Assembly (NCBI GenBank): GCA_965219675.1
Contig: OZ244786.1
Location: 1,741,914 to 1,805,913, forward strand
DNA: 64,000 bases
DNA from: Candidatus Multivorans sp.
Lineage (GTDB): Bacteria > Acidobacteriota > Thermoanaerobaculia > Multivoradales > Multivoraceae
Reading direction: 5' to 3'
Part shown: in pieces, positions 27,201-37,400 of the stretch
Numbering within the stretch: the first letter of the stretch is position 1
Layout: every line of letters begins with the position of its first letter
Notes under the pieces: generated by a model
What the model was told of the DNA's origin: nothing
Seen by the model: only the letters and a program-made list of their open reading frames with translations
Database searches by the model: none
Translations under genes and position numbers: made by a program

Positions 27201-27660
27201 GGAACGGACGCTCGGCGGCTTCGGTCTGGACGCGGTCCCCACGGCCGAGCGGCTGCAAGCCTTCCAGGCGGTCGAGAACACCTATCTCGGCACTTTCCAG
27301 ACCCTGGGCGGACTCGGCCTGCTGCTGGGGACGCTGGGGCTCGCGGTCGTCCTGCTCCGGAACCTGCTCGAACGCCGCGGCGAACTCGCCACCCTGCAGG
27401 CGATCGGCTTCTGGCGGCGAGCGCTCGCCTGGCTGGTGGTGGCCGAGAACGGCCTGGTCCTGACCGCGGGAGTCGCGGTCGGCGCCGCCTCGGCGCTGGT
27501 CGCGGTGAGCCCGCACCTGCTCGGAGGTCACGCACTGGTGCCATGGCTCTCCCTAGCCCTCACACTGGCCCTGGTCATGGCGGCCGGAACCCTGGCCAGC
27601 CTGGCCGCGGTTCGCCGGGTCACGCGCGAGGAGCTGCTACCGGCACTCCGGGGCTCCTAG
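24220..27660 (+). CDS. Large ABC transporter permease of the FtsX/MacB-like type with duplicated FtsX domains.
   Basis: 1146-aa ORF with a GTG start 5 nt after the ATPase stop. It has an N-terminal TM, large periplasmic regions and two C-terminal 4-TM FtsX-like blocks. Confidence 0.8.
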   Translation: MSASRPGGTLPSLRHYWRSNVAVVMTAAVAASVLTGALMVGDSVRGSLRDLTLDRLGGIDHALLGAGFFREALRDDLTDDPEFASRYGPVSAAILMQGNVVEPESGRRAARVNVQGIDDSFAAFFPGMEETLDLSRRDGQLFASLAINRSLASALAVEPGDSVLLHLERPSEAPRASLMGEKDPEDQLESVRLSVVTVLEDVGAGRFQLAQHQSQPLVAYLRLRDLQRELDRRGLANALLVGERASTGSGPVADPEAAIEDVERRIRTHAEVADFGLTLEATDDHLLVTTSQIILGAELAGELQAAASAAGAEAIEVSTYLANLAAADSGAAAPYSTITALDTARAGRLGALRLTDGRPAPGLGPGEVLVNSFLAEDLAVGTGDRLAIDYFQLGDREQLIERTVETRVAGVVEMTGWGVDRTLTPDFPGVADADNMSDWDPTFPVDLSRIRDQDEAYWDEFRATPKLFVGLDYGAGLWSSRFGHLTSLRLLPPEGTTPAELRERLEEGLPDRVALHAAGLAVEPVKARGLRGASGATDFGGLFVGFSLFLIVSAALLVGLFFRLGTESRANEMGLLLALGYGVARVRRRFLLEGALLGGAGVLLGLGGAVLYAGAMMTALRTLWRSAVGSSHLYLHVEPLTLVLGGAASILVVLFAIRGAVGRLAAVSPIRLLRGETSDRPAAARTRGRRARWTASVGGGVAAVLLGASAVAPASIAAYLFFGGGACLLIAGLAGFTLWLRRRPPAPLESWSLRAGSRMAAANASLNPGRSLLCAALVASASFVIVAVGAYGLRFGEETRDLDSGAGGFDLVAEADVSILADLTTVNGRYELGFGEEGSGLIGQSQVIAFRTVPGDDISCLNLFQPERPRLLGAPPELIERGGFRFQALAENAGDEPWKLLEEDLGPGVVPAIGDFNSVMWILHSGLGQGIEIETERGDTLELRLVGLLRKSVFQSELVISEANLARHFPSRTGASYFLLRTPPGERDRTLEELERTLGGFGLDAVPTAERLQAFQAVENTYLGTFQTLGGLGLLLGTLGLAVVLLRNLLERRGELATLQAIGFWRRALAWLVVAENGLVLTAGVAVGAASALVAVSPHLLGGHALVPWLSLALTLALVMAAGTLASLAAVRRVTREELLPALRGS

Positions 27661-27718
27661 CGCGGCAGATCCTCACGAGCCGGCGCACCCGGTTCCTGCC
27701 GCTCAACTCTCCTGGCTG

Positions 27719-30103
27719 TCAGGGCTTCAGGTGAGTCTCGAACAGCTTGAGAACGCGGCGGTACTCGTCGAGCCAACTGGACGGCTCGACGAAGCCGTGG
27801 GCTTCGGCCGGGTAGACCGCGAGTTCCCAGTCCTCCTTGCCGAGTTCGATCAGGCGCTGGACGAGGCGGACGGAGTCCTGGAAGAGCACGTTGTCGTCCA
27901 GCATGCCCGTGCAGATCAACAGGGGCTTCTCGAGGCCCTCGGCGAACTCGATCGGTGAACTGCGCTCGTAGGCCTCGGGGTCTAGCTCCGGCGTGTTCAG
28001 GATGTTCGAGGTGTAGCCGTGGTTGTAGTGGGCCCAGTCGGTGACCGGGCGCAGCGCGGCGCCCGCGGCGAACAGTTCGGGCCGGCGGAACATCGCCATG
28101 AAGGTGACGAAACCACCGTAGGAGCCGCCGTAGACGCCGATCCGCTCGCGGTCGACGCCGTGCTCGGCGACCAGGTAGTCGATGCCGTCCGCCAGGTCCT
28201 CGAGCTCCGGCGTTCCCATCTGCCGGTAGATCGCGGTTCGCCAGTCTCTCCCGTAGCCGGCGGACGCGCGGTAGTCCATGTCCAGCACGACGTAGCCTCG
28301 ACGGGTGAGCAGGGTGTGGAACATGAACTCGCGGAAGTAGGAGGACCAGCCCTGGTGGGCGTTCTGCAGGTATCCCGCACCGTGCACGAAGACGACCGCG
28401 GGGCGGGGGCCGCCGGCCGGTTCGGCTGGCAGATAGAGCCGAGCGTGAATCGGGCGGTCCACATGGGCTGACGGCACTTCGATGAACCGGGGCGCCGCCC
28501 ACTCGATGTCCGTGAACTCCCTGGACACCGTGTCGGTCAGGCGAACGGGGTCGCTTCCGGGCGTGCTTGCCTGGAGCCACAGTTCCGGCGGCCGGGTGGC
28601 GGTGGAGTGGACGACGAGAAGCCTGTTGCCGTCGGGGGAGAGGCGGAAGGAACTCAGCCCTCCGAGGTCGGTGACCTGTTCGATCCCGGAGCCGTCGACG
28701 CCGGACGCGGCTGTCCGGTGGACCTCGAAGACGCCGGGATGGCCGCGGTTCGCCTCGAAGTAGAGGAACTCTCCGTTCGGAGCCACCTGGGGCGAGCGAA
28801 CGACGAACGGCCCCTGGGTCACCTGCACGCGCTCCGAGGTCGCCGTGTCCATCAGGAAGAGGTGGGAGTAGCCCGTCTCTTCCGACAGGAAGAAGATCGT
28901 CTCGTCGTCCGGCATCCAGCCGAGGTCGCGGAAGGCGTAGTTGATCCAGGCCGGATCGCTGATCCTGTGGAGCGGCCGCAGGGTTCCCTGGTCCAGGTCG
29001 ATCGCCGCGATCCAGCGGTCCTTGTTGTCCGTGGAGTAGACCTGCACGACGGCCCGGGAGCCGTCACGGTTGAACAGGACGGGGCCGAAGCGCAGCGGCC
29101 GCGGTTCCGGTTCGGCCTTCTCTCCGTCTTCGGGGACCTCATCTCCGTTCTGGTCGACGCTTTCCCGCTCCGACCCGGTCGGGGCCGCCGCCGCCCTGCG
29201 CTGGCGCTCCCGCTCCCGAGCGGCCTCGCGCAGCGCCGCCAGGGGATCGTCGGCGATGCCCGGCAGGATGGAGACGTCCAGGATGATCGGTTCCGGGTCG
29301 CCGCGACGGAGCAGCGCCAGGGACTCGCCGGTCGGCTCGGCGGTACCGACCTTCATGCGGACCTCTTCCAACTCGACCAGGCCGCTGCGGGTCACGTAGT
29401 TCGGCATCTTGTCCTTGAGTCCCTCGTCCCGCTCGCTGGGTCGCTGCCGTACGACGAGGTGGTCCAGCGCCGGCGAGAGCGAGGAACCCGCGACCTCGAC
29501 GTGCTTGCCGAGGTAGTGGGGCGGCGCCGTGCGGCTGGCGTCGGCGGCCCGGCGTTCCCTGGACACTTCCTCGCGCCTCTCTTCGCGCTGGCGCCGCAAC
29601 CGGACGATCTCGAGCAACCGCGGCTGCTGGCGTTCCAGGTAACCGGCCTCCAGATCCCCGTTCTCGCGAGCGGCTTCGGGATCCTCGTCCGCAACGACCT
29701 CGAAGGGCTGCCACACGAGATCCGTGCTCCGGTCGCGTACGAACCAGGTGGCAGCGCGTCGAAACGCGACGTCTCCGTCGACCGTGAAGAAAGGCGCACT
29801 CTCCGCGGCGGCGGTGCGAGTGATCTGGGTCAGGCCGCCGTTCGCACCCAGATCGCGAAGGAAGATGTCGCCCGCCTTGACGAAGGCACGGTGTTCTCGC
29901 TTGCGATCCCAGTTGCCCCCGGGCGCCTCCGCCACGCCCCGGTCGCCGTCAGCGACCAGGCTCGTCTGCCGGGTGTCGAGGTCGATCCGGTAGAGATCGC
30001 GGGCGTCTTCGCCCGCCCGCTTGCGCAGAAAGTAGACGCTGCCGCTGTCACTGCTCCAGTACGGTCCCTCCGGCTGGCGCCCGAGCCAGTCCGGGTGGGC
30101 CAT
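27719..30103 (-). CDS. S9 family peptidase (prolyl oligopeptidase / dipeptidyl-peptidase type) with an N-terminal beta-propeller.
   Basis: Catalytic Ser in GVYGGSYGGFVTF and catalytic His in YPAEAHGF. The N-terminal region resembles TolB-like propeller repeats. See the finding on its start site. Confidence 0.85.
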   Translation of the reverse strand: MAHPDWLGRQPEGPYWSSDSGSVYFLRKRAGEDARDLYRIDLDTRQTSLVADGDRGVAEAPGGNWDRKREHRAFVKAGDIFLRDLGANGGLTQITRTAAAESAPFFTVDGDVAFRRAATWFVRDRSTDLVWQPFEVVADEDPEAARENGDLEAGYLERQQPRLLEIVRLRRQREERREEVSRERRAADASRTAPPHYLGKHVEVAGSSLSPALDHLVVRQRPSERDEGLKDKMPNYVTRSGLVELEEVRMKVGTAEPTGESLALLRRGDPEPIILDVSILPGIADDPLAALREAARERERQRRAAAAPTGSERESVDQNGDEVPEDGEKAEPEPRPLRFGPVLFNRDGSRAVVQVYSTDNKDRWIAAIDLDQGTLRPLHRISDPAWINYAFRDLGWMPDDETIFFLSEETGYSHLFLMDTATSERVQVTQGPFVVRSPQVAPNGEFLYFEANRGHPGVFEVHRTAASGVDGSGIEQVTDLGGLSSFRLSPDGNRLLVVHSTATRPPELWLQASTPGSDPVRLTDTVSREFTDIEWAAPRFIEVPSAHVDRPIHARLYLPAEPAGGPRPAVVFVHGAGYLQNAHQGWSSYFREFMFHTLLTRRGYVVLDMDYRASAGYGRDWRTAIYRQMGTPELEDLADGIDYLVAEHGVDRERIGVYGGSYGGFVTFMAMFRRPELFAAGAALRPVTDWAHYNHGYTSNILNTPELDPEAYERSSPIEFAEGLEKPLLICTGMLDDNVLFQDSVRLVQRLIELGKEDWELAVYPAEAHGFVEPSSWLDEYRRVLKLFETHLKP

Positions 30104-30195
30104 GATCCGCTCGAGGCTCAGATCGTCCTGAGCCGCGGCGGGAAGGGCGAGCAGGAGTCCCGCCCCGAGGATCGAACGGAAGAACGACCGAGCCC

Positions 30196-31245
30196 CTACT
30201 CGAGGTATTGCAGCATCTCCTTCGCGGTGGGCGCGTCGGCGTGGTCCGGCGCGATGCTCAGGAACTTCTCGAACTGGACCTTCGCCTTGGCGGGATCGGT
30301 TCCGGCGTAGCAGATGCCGAGCATGTAGTTCGCCTCGGGGTGATTCGGATCCGCCGCCAGGAGCTTCTCGAGCGCTTCCTGGGCCTCGGGAATCTGACCC
30401 GAATTGAACAGGTCGGCGGCCTTGTTGAACATGTTCTTGCCGGCCTTGCCCATATCGGTGGCCTGGAGCGCCTTGAGCGCCGCTTCGGCCTTGTCGTCCA
30501 TGCCGAGAGCGTCATAGCCCGCGTAGAGGATCTGGTTCATGTTCTCGAGGTCTTCGCCTTCCGCCGCGACCTTCTCGGCGTACTCGACCGCTCTGACGTG
30601 GTCACCCCGGTGAGAGTAGACGCGCGCCAGTCCGCCCATGGCGGAAGCCAGGTCAGCCTTCTTCTCGAGGGCATTCACGAACATCAGTTCGGCGGTGTCG
30701 TAGTCGCCGGAGTTCAGGGCGTTGCTACCCTGGTTGTAGAGCTTGATCGCACTGCCGCGCGCCTGCGCCTCGAGGTCGATTTCCGGTGCCGCGCCGAGAT
30801 CGCCACCCAAAGCGGTCTGGGCCTGCTGGGCGTCCTCGATCGACGTGAGGTTCCAGTCGCCGCCCCCTGAAAGCTGGCTGAGTCTCGTCTCCTGTCGCGC
30901 GGGAATCCGTACATTGCCGACCCGCCGGGTCACATACCCTTCCTTCTTCAACTCGACGCTGAAGCCGGACCGCTCGTGCTTGACGACGTTCTTCAGCATG
31001 ATCCGGAAGCGACCGTTCTTGCCCGACTGGTGCACCTCGCGGAAACTCGGCGCCTCCGGGTCGGTGAAGATGATCTCGACCCCTTCGATCGTTTCGCCAG
31101 TCTTGGCGTCGAAAATCTGGCCGTACACGGTGCCCGGCAACTGCGCCGCCGCCGGTGTAACAAGGACCAGGGCGAGGCCCGTCGCAAGCACGATGACAGC
31201 CCGCGCCGTCGGCTCCATGGTCCACGATTCGCGAATCGACTTCAT
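30196..31245 (-). CDS. Secreted TPR-repeat protein with an N-terminal carboxypeptidase-regulatory-like (CarD/PEGA-like) beta domain.
   Basis: Signal peptide AVIVLATGLALVLVTPAAAQ. ...TVYGQIFDAKTGETIEGVEIIF.... Multiple TPR-like repeats (AIKLYNQGSNALNSGDYDTAELMF...). Confidence 0.75.
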   Translation of the reverse strand: MKSIRESWTMEPTARAVIVLATGLALVLVTPAAAQLPGTVYGQIFDAKTGETIEGVEIIFTDPEAPSFREVHQSGKNGRFRIMLKNVVKHERSGFSVELKKEGYVTRRVGNVRIPARQETRLSQLSGGGDWNLTSIEDAQQAQTALGGDLGAAPEIDLEAQARGSAIKLYNQGSNALNSGDYDTAELMFVNALEKKADLASAMGGLARVYSHRGDHVRAVEYAEKVAAEGEDLENMNQILYAGYDALGMDDKAEAALKALQATDMGKAGKNMFNKAADLFNSGQIPEAQEALEKLLAADPNHPEANYMLGICYAGTDPAKAKVQFEKFLSIAPDHADAPTAKEMLQYLE

Positions 31246-31319
31246 GGCTTCCTCCTTCGCCCGCTCGGTTGCTGGCGGAATCTCTGGCCACCAGTAGCGG
31301 GACTTAGAATAACAGAGCC

Positions 31320-32732
31320 GTGGTGCAGGATCCTGGCTCAGGCTTCGAGCAAAATCCGGCCTGGCCGAGGGTACTGGAGATCTGCCAGGCCGCGGCGGCG
31401 GGAGGCGGCTTGGTGCACCTGGTCGGAGGCTGCGTTCGAGACGCGCTGCTGGGTCGCCGGTTCGAGGAGTTCGACCTGGAGGCGTTCCGGCTCCCGCCGG
31501 ATGCCCTGCTCCGCCTGCTGGAAGGTCTCGGCTACCACGTCGACCAGGTGGGACGCGCGTTCTCCGTTGCCAAGCTGCGCGGTTTCTCGATCGACATTGC
31601 CCTGCCGCGGCGGGAGCGGAAAGTGGGGAAGCGTCACCGGGACTTCGTCATCGACGCGGATCCGCAGATGAGCGTGGAGGAGGCTGCGGAGCGCCGCGAC
31701 TTCACGATCAACGCCATCTCCTACGATCCCCTGGCCGGCCGCACCATCGACCCCCTGAACGGACTGGCGGATCTGGAGAGGCGGCGGCTCCGTCACGCCT
31801 CCCACCGCTTCGCGGAGGATCCGCTGCGGGTGTTGCGCGGCATGCAGTTCATCGCTCGCCTGGGGCTGGAGTCCGACCCGGAAACGGAGGACCTCTGCGC
31901 GCGCATCGACTGGAACGACCTGAGCATCGAGCGCGTGTTCGAAGAGTGGCGCAAGATGCTCGTCTACGGCGTCGAGATCGGACGCGGACTCCGTTTCCTG
32001 CAGGCGGTGGGCTGGCTGGTCGCCTACCCCGAGCTCGAAGCCCTGGTCGGCTGCGAACAGGACCCGGAGTGGCACCCGGAGGGCGATGTCTGGATCCATA
32101 CCGGGCATGTCCTCGACGCCTTCGCCCGGGACCGGCTGGATGACGAGGAGGAGGACCTCGTGGTCGGACTCGCCTGCCTCTGTCACGACCTCGGGAAGCC
32201 GGCGACCACCCGCTTCGTGGACGGTCGGGTGCGGTCCCGGGGACACGAGGCCGCCGGGGAGAGGCCGACCCGGACCTTCCTCGGGCGGCTGACGAAACGG
32301 TCCGGGCTCGTGGACGATGTGGTGCGGCTGGTCGTCGATCACCTGAAGCCGCGCCAGCTCTATCAGGGCGGCGCGGGCGACGCCGCCGTCCGCCGTCTTG
32401 CCCACAGGGTCAAGCGAATCGATCGGCTGGTGCGGGTGGCGCGCGCGGATGCCCGGGGCCGTCCGCCTCTGACGTCGGCGGACTGCGACGATTGTGACTG
32501 GCTTCTTGCCCGCGCGGAAGCGCTGAGGATCAAGGATCAGGCGCCACGACGCCTCGTCCTTGGCCGTGACCTGATCGACCGCGGTCTGACACCCGGACCC
32601 GAGATCGGGGACCTGGTCGATCGCTGCTATCAGGCACAACTCGACGGCGCCTTCGAGGGCCGGACCGCGGGTTTGCGGTTCCTCGATTCGCTCCTGCGGC
32701 GCCGGGTCGCTTCCGGGCGGGCGGAACCATGA
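31320..32732 (+). CDS. CCA-adding tRNA nucleotidyltransferase / poly(A) polymerase family protein with an HD domain.
   Basis: GTG start. Head-domain motif GGCVRDALLG...DFDLE. HD motif LCHDLGK. Confidence 0.8.
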   Translation: MVQDPGSGFEQNPAWPRVLEICQAAAAGGGLVHLVGGCVRDALLGRRFEEFDLEAFRLPPDALLRLLEGLGYHVDQVGRAFSVAKLRGFSIDIALPRRERKVGKRHRDFVIDADPQMSVEEAAERRDFTINAISYDPLAGRTIDPLNGLADLERRRLRHASHRFAEDPLRVLRGMQFIARLGLESDPETEDLCARIDWNDLSIERVFEEWRKMLVYGVEIGRGLRFLQAVGWLVAYPELEALVGCEQDPEWHPEGDVWIHTGHVLDAFARDRLDDEEEDLVVGLACLCHDLGKPATTRFVDGRVRSRGHEAAGERPTRTFLGRLTKRSGLVDDVVRLVVDHLKPRQLYQGGAGDAAVRRLAHRVKRIDRLVRVARADARGRPPLTSADCDDCDWLLARAEALRIKDQAPRRLVLGRDLIDRGLTPGPEIGDLVDRCYQAQLDGAFEGRTAGLRFLDSLLRRRVASGRAEP

Positions 32733-33421
32733 CTGGCGCCTCCGGCGGCCGGCCGAGCGAAACAAGGGCCGCCGGCGGGTCGTCCCTGCACCGAGAGGAC
32801 GATGGCTTGCCAGCACAGAAACCGTCTGACCGGGGATCGACCCGCGAGTCGACCGGTCTTCCCGAAGACGCCGAACTCGTTCGACGTGCGTCGGCGGGTG
32901 ACGGCAGCGCGTTCGAAGCCCTGGTGCTTCGCTACGAGACGCCGCTCCGCAAGCTGGTCTACGGCTACGTGCTCAACTGGCAGGTCGCCGAGGACGTGGC
33001 GCAGGACGCTTTCCTGCTGGCCTATCGGAAGCTCGGCGACCTGGGAGAGTCGGCCGCGTTCAAGAGCTGGCTCTACCGGATCGCGATCAACCGGGCCCAC
33101 GACGAATTGCGCCGGTCGGCGCGCTGGGGCAGGCGGCTGGACCGGAACGTGGGGGAGGAGGCCCTCGCCGAGTTGCCGGCGGCCGGCGCGGAGTCGGCCG
33201 TCGAGTCGCGGCTGCTCCGGCGCGCCCTCGTGCGCGAACTGGCGCGGTTGCCGAAGAGCCAGCGGACGGCGGTCGTGCTGAAAGACGTGGCGGGAATGAA
33301 GTACGTGGAGATTGCGGAGCTTCTGGGCTGTCCGATCGGCACGGCGCAGATCCGGGTCCATCGGGGCCGGCAGAAGCTCCGCCGCCGGCTCGACGGGCCG
33401 GGCTCCGGCAGGAGGACGTAG
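32729..33421 (+). CDS. RNA polymerase sigma-70 factor, ECF subfamily.
   Basis: Region 2 ...LVYGYVLNWQVAEDVAQDAFLLAYRKLGDL...FKSWLYRIAINRAHDELRR. Region 4 ...QRTAVVLKDVAGMKYVEIAELLGCPIGTAQIRVHRGRQKL. The ATG overlaps the upstream stop. Confidence 0.85.
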   Translation: MTGASGGRPSETRAAGGSSLHREDDGLPAQKPSDRGSTRESTGLPEDAELVRRASAGDGSAFEALVLRYETPLRKLVYGYVLNWQVAEDVAQDAFLLAYRKLGDLGESAAFKSWLYRIAINRAHDELRRSARWGRRLDRNVGEEALAELPAAGAESAVESRLLRRALVRELARLPKSQRTAVVLKDVAGMKYVEIAELLGCPIGTAQIRVHRGRQKLRRRLDGPGSGRRT

Positions 33422-33433
33422 AGGAGGTACGTG

Positions 33434-33856
33434 ATGAGGGAGGAGAAGAGGTCGAGCCGACCGGGGGAGGCCGGAGGCAAGCTCGATGCGCTGTTCGACG
33501 GGTTGCGCGAGGAGTGCGCGGCGCCGCCGCGGGCGCCCGGTTTCCTGGCGGGTTTCAGAGCCCGTCGCGAGGCCTGGCTGGAGCGTGCGGACCAGGCCGC
33601 GCCATGGCGGCTTCTTGCCTTGCGCCTGTCGCCCGTCGGCGCGCTTGCGGCCGGCGCGGCTCTGGTCATGACGCTCGGCGGCGGGGCGCCGGCCATGTCG
33701 CCGGAGACTGTTCCGGAGCAGTCCGTCGCAGCGGAGTACCCTGACCCGTTCGCGGCGGGGCTGGAAGAGGCCGGTGTAGCGACCGCTGCCATGGCGGACG
33801 ATGACGCCGCCTATGAACTCGTGGCCGTGCTCTACGAGCCGATGGGGACACCGTGA
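33434..33856 (+). CDS. Putative anti-sigma factor (single TM segment).
   Basis: Sits immediately downstream of the ECF sigma. The ATG at 33434 is 6 nt after the Shine-Dalgarno GAGGAGG. Hydrophobic segment LLALRLSPVGALAAGAALVMTLGG. Confidence 0.55.
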   Translation: MREEKRSSRPGEAGGKLDALFDGLREECAAPPRAPGFLAGFRARREAWLERADQAAPWRLLALRLSPVGALAAGAALVMTLGGGAPAMSPETVPEQSVAAEYPDPFAAGLEEAGVATAAMADDDAAYELVAVLYEPMGTP

Positions 33857-34443
33857 TGGCCAACGGCTCCATGAAGATGTGGATGGGCCTCGCCCTGGGT
33901 TCGGCACTGGTCGTTGGGGTCTCGGCGGGTCTCGTGGCGGACCGGCTTCTTGCCGAACGGAGCGCCGTCGAAACGGAGCCGAAGGCCTCGTCGCGGACGC
34001 ACGACGATCGGCGGTCGAGGTTTCATTTCGACTGCCGGGGTTGGGAAGAGGAGCAGGCCGAAGGGACCGCGAGCCCGCCCGGGGAAGGGCAGCCCGCCGC
34101 GGCGAACTCGGATTCGTACGTCGAGTACAGGTCGAAGGTGACCCACCGCATGGCGGGCCGCCTGGAGCTGGATGCCGCACAGATCGAGGCGCTGGAGCCC
34201 ATCGTCGGCGAGGCGATGGAGCGTGGGCGGCTCTACTGGACCGGAGCACACGACGAGTTCTGCGCGATGCAGAAGGACTTCCACCGGCAGGTGGGCGCAC
34301 TCCTCCGTCCGGACCAGGCTGTCCGCTTCGACGAGATGAGCGAGGAGTTGTGGAAGCGGGGACGGCGTCATTACGGGAGAGGCCGTGACGGCAGCGGACG
34401 CGACCGCCATCAGGAAGACGGCTCGCCGGAGGCATGCCGATGA
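33853..34443 (+). CDS. Periplasmic Spy/CpxP-like (LTxxQ-motif family) protein.
   Basis: Signal peptide MWMGLALGSALVVGVSAGLVA. Helical region with LELDAAQIEALEPIV. The start overlaps the anti-sigma stop. Confidence 0.55.
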   Translation: MMANGSMKMWMGLALGSALVVGVSAGLVADRLLAERSAVETEPKASSRTHDDRRSRFHFDCRGWEEEQAEGTASPPGEGQPAAANSDSYVEYRSKVTHRMAGRLELDAAQIEALEPIVGEAMERGRLYWTGAHDEFCAMQKDFHRQVGALLRPDQAVRFDEMSEELWKRGRRHYGRGRDGSGRDRHQEDGSPEACR

Positions 34444-37400
34444 CGACCCCGGAGGAAGAGATGGACGAACAGAAGCGCGGTCTGCTCGCGGGGCCCGAGC
34501 AGCAGGAGGAGGCGCTGCAGGAGGCGGCGGCGCACGTCCCCGTCCACCCGCTCATACGCTTCGCCGTCGAGCGGCGCGTGACCATGTTCATGGCGACTCT
34601 GGGCGTGCTGGTGCTCGGCTGGCTGTCGCTCACGCGCCTGCCGCTGGAATTCCTGCCTCTCTTCCAGTCGTCCAACATCTCGGTCCGGGTGCCGTACCAG
34701 TCCTCCTCTCCGGAGGAGATCGCCCGGTCGATCATCTGGCCGCTGGAGGACAGCCTGGGGACGATCAACGGCGTCCGGCTGCTCCGCTCGCGGGCCAGCG
34801 GCAGCTCCGCCTCGGTGGACATCGAGTTCCAGGACGGGACGGACATGGAGCTGGCGGCCGTCGACGTACGCGACCGGATCGACCGGGTGCGCAACGAGCT
34901 GCCGAGCGACGTGGAGCAGATCTACGTCCGCCGTTTCGAGAGTACGGACATCCCGGTTCTCCGCAGCAGTCTCAGCGCGCCCTGGACCCAGGATGAGCTG
35001 AACGACTTCGTCGAGGATGTGCTCCTGCCCCGGATCGAGCGGCTGGAGGGCGTGGCGCAGGCGGAAGTCTGGGGCATGCTGAGCCGGGAGCTGCGGATCG
35101 AACTGCTGCCCGACCGCATGGCCGCCCACGGCGTGGATGTCCGCGAGTTGCGGCAGGTTCTGCAGAGCAACCACGTGAACGTCTCGGGCGGCTATCTGCG
35201 CGAAGGCAGCCGCCGCCTGCTGGTTCGCACCATCGGCGAGTTCCAGACTCCGGACGAGATCCGCGATCTGCCGATTCGTGGCGACGGCCTCCGTGTGGGC
35301 GATGTCGCCGACGTGAAGTTCGGCTACCCCGACAAGTACGAGTACAGCTTCCTGAACGGGTCGGAGGCGATCAGCCTGAGCGTGAACAAGGCCTCCGACG
35401 CGAATCTCCTGGACGTCGTCGGCCGGGTCAAGGCCGAACTCCAGGCCATCCAGCAGACGCCCGAGGGCGCGGGCCTCGAGTTCCGCCACTTCCACGACAC
35501 CTCGGTCGACGTGCGTCAGGGCCTGACCGAGCTCGGCCGCAGCGGGCTGATCGGCGGCGGTCTGGCGATCGTCTTCATGTTCCTCTTCCTGCGCAAGTTC
35601 CGGACCACGCTGCTGGTGGCTCTGGCGGTGCCGTTATCGCTGGTCATGACCTTCGTGATGATGTACCTCGGCCGCCAGGCGGGCGTCACCGAGATCACGC
35701 TGAACGTGATGAGTCTGATGGGTTTGATGCTCGCGATCGGGATGCTGCTCGACAACTCCATCGTCGTCATCGAGTCGATCTTCCGGCACCGCCAGGATCT
35801 CGGCGCCAGTGCGAAGTACGCCGCCCTGGGCGGCGCCAGCGACGTGGCAATGCCGATCATCTGCTCGACGATGACCACGATGTGCGTGTTCGTGCCGCTC
35901 ATCTTCTTCGGCAGCGGCGGCGGCGGACCGGGCAGCTTCTCGCGCTTCATGGGGGACATCGGCACGACGGTCTGCGTGGTCATGCTCGGTTCCCTGGTCA
36001 TCTCCCTGACCGTGGTGCCGATGATCGCGGCGATCCTGCTCAGGTCGGAGAGCAAGCGCCGGTTCAAGCTGCTCGACCGGATCAGCGAGCTCTACGGGGC
36101 GACTCTGGCCTTCACCCTGCGCCACCGCTTCATCTTCACCATGGTGATCGGCGCGCTGCTCTACGGTTCCTGGGAGCTGTACAACAGCATCGAACGGAGC
36201 TTCAACCAACCGTCCCAGGGCCGGGCGCTGACCATCTTCGTCGAGACGCCGCGGCAGATGGGAATGGACGACCGCCTGGCTCTCTATGACGAGGTCTACG
36301 CGTTGCTCGACTCCAGGCGGGACGAGTGGGAGATCGCCGACATCGCCCACCAGGTGCGCCGGGGCGGCGGCCGCAGCCGGGGGTACGGCGGCGGCAACCG
36401 TTTCGAGGTCTATCTGAAGCCCGAGGAGGTTTCGGAGCTCTCCACGGACGAGGTCACGGAACTCGTCCGGGAGGCAATGCCGCAGAAGGTCGGCGTGCTC
36501 TTCAAGCTCGCCCGGACCGAGTTCGGGCCTCCGGGTTCCGGAAGCTCCGGGATGGACGTGGAACTGATCGGCGACGACATGGGCACCCTCGAACTCCTCG
36601 TGCCGCGGATCACGGACCGGCTGCGTCAGCTCCCCATGGTGGGCGACATCGACAACTCGTTCGAGAGCGGCGACGACGAGATCCGGGTTTCCGTGAACCG
36701 TGAGCGGGCACTCCAGGGCGGCCTGTCGAGCCAGGCCGTGGCGATGACGGTGAACGGCGCGCTCTCGAGCCGCTCGCTGGCGTACTTCAAGACGGCGGAG
36801 CGCGAAATCGGCATGGTCATGCAGTACCGGGAGGAGGACCGGGAGACGCTCGATCAGTTGAAGAAGATGCCGGTCCTCGTGTCGGACCCGAACGAGGAGT
36901 CGGGAGCGGTCACCCTGCCGATCTCCAGCCTCGCCTCGTTCCAGCTTCAGAGCGGACCGTCCGAGGTCGAGCGGGAGAATCGCCGTTCCAAGGTGGAGAT
37001 CGACATCACGGCCGCGGGCGGCACGCCAGGCTTCATGCTGCGGCGGCCGGTCCAGATGGCGCTCGCGGACGTTCCGCTGCCGCCAGGCTACGAGTGGTCT
37101 CTCGGCAGGAGGTTCATGGAGGCCGAGGAGGACGCGTCGCGCGCCGTCCTGGCGATGATCCTGGCTGTCGTGCTGATCTACATGATCATGGCGGCCCTGT
37201 TCGAGGACTTCCTCCAGCCGTTCACGATCATGCTGTCGATTCCCTTCGCCTTCATCGGCGTCGGCCTGATCATGTACCTGGCGGGCCAGCCGCGGTCCGA
37301 CTCGTCGAACATGGGACTCCTCATCCTGGCCGGGATCGTGGTGAACAACGCGATCGTCCTGATCGACCACATCAACCGGTTGCGGCGCGAAGGCATCGCC

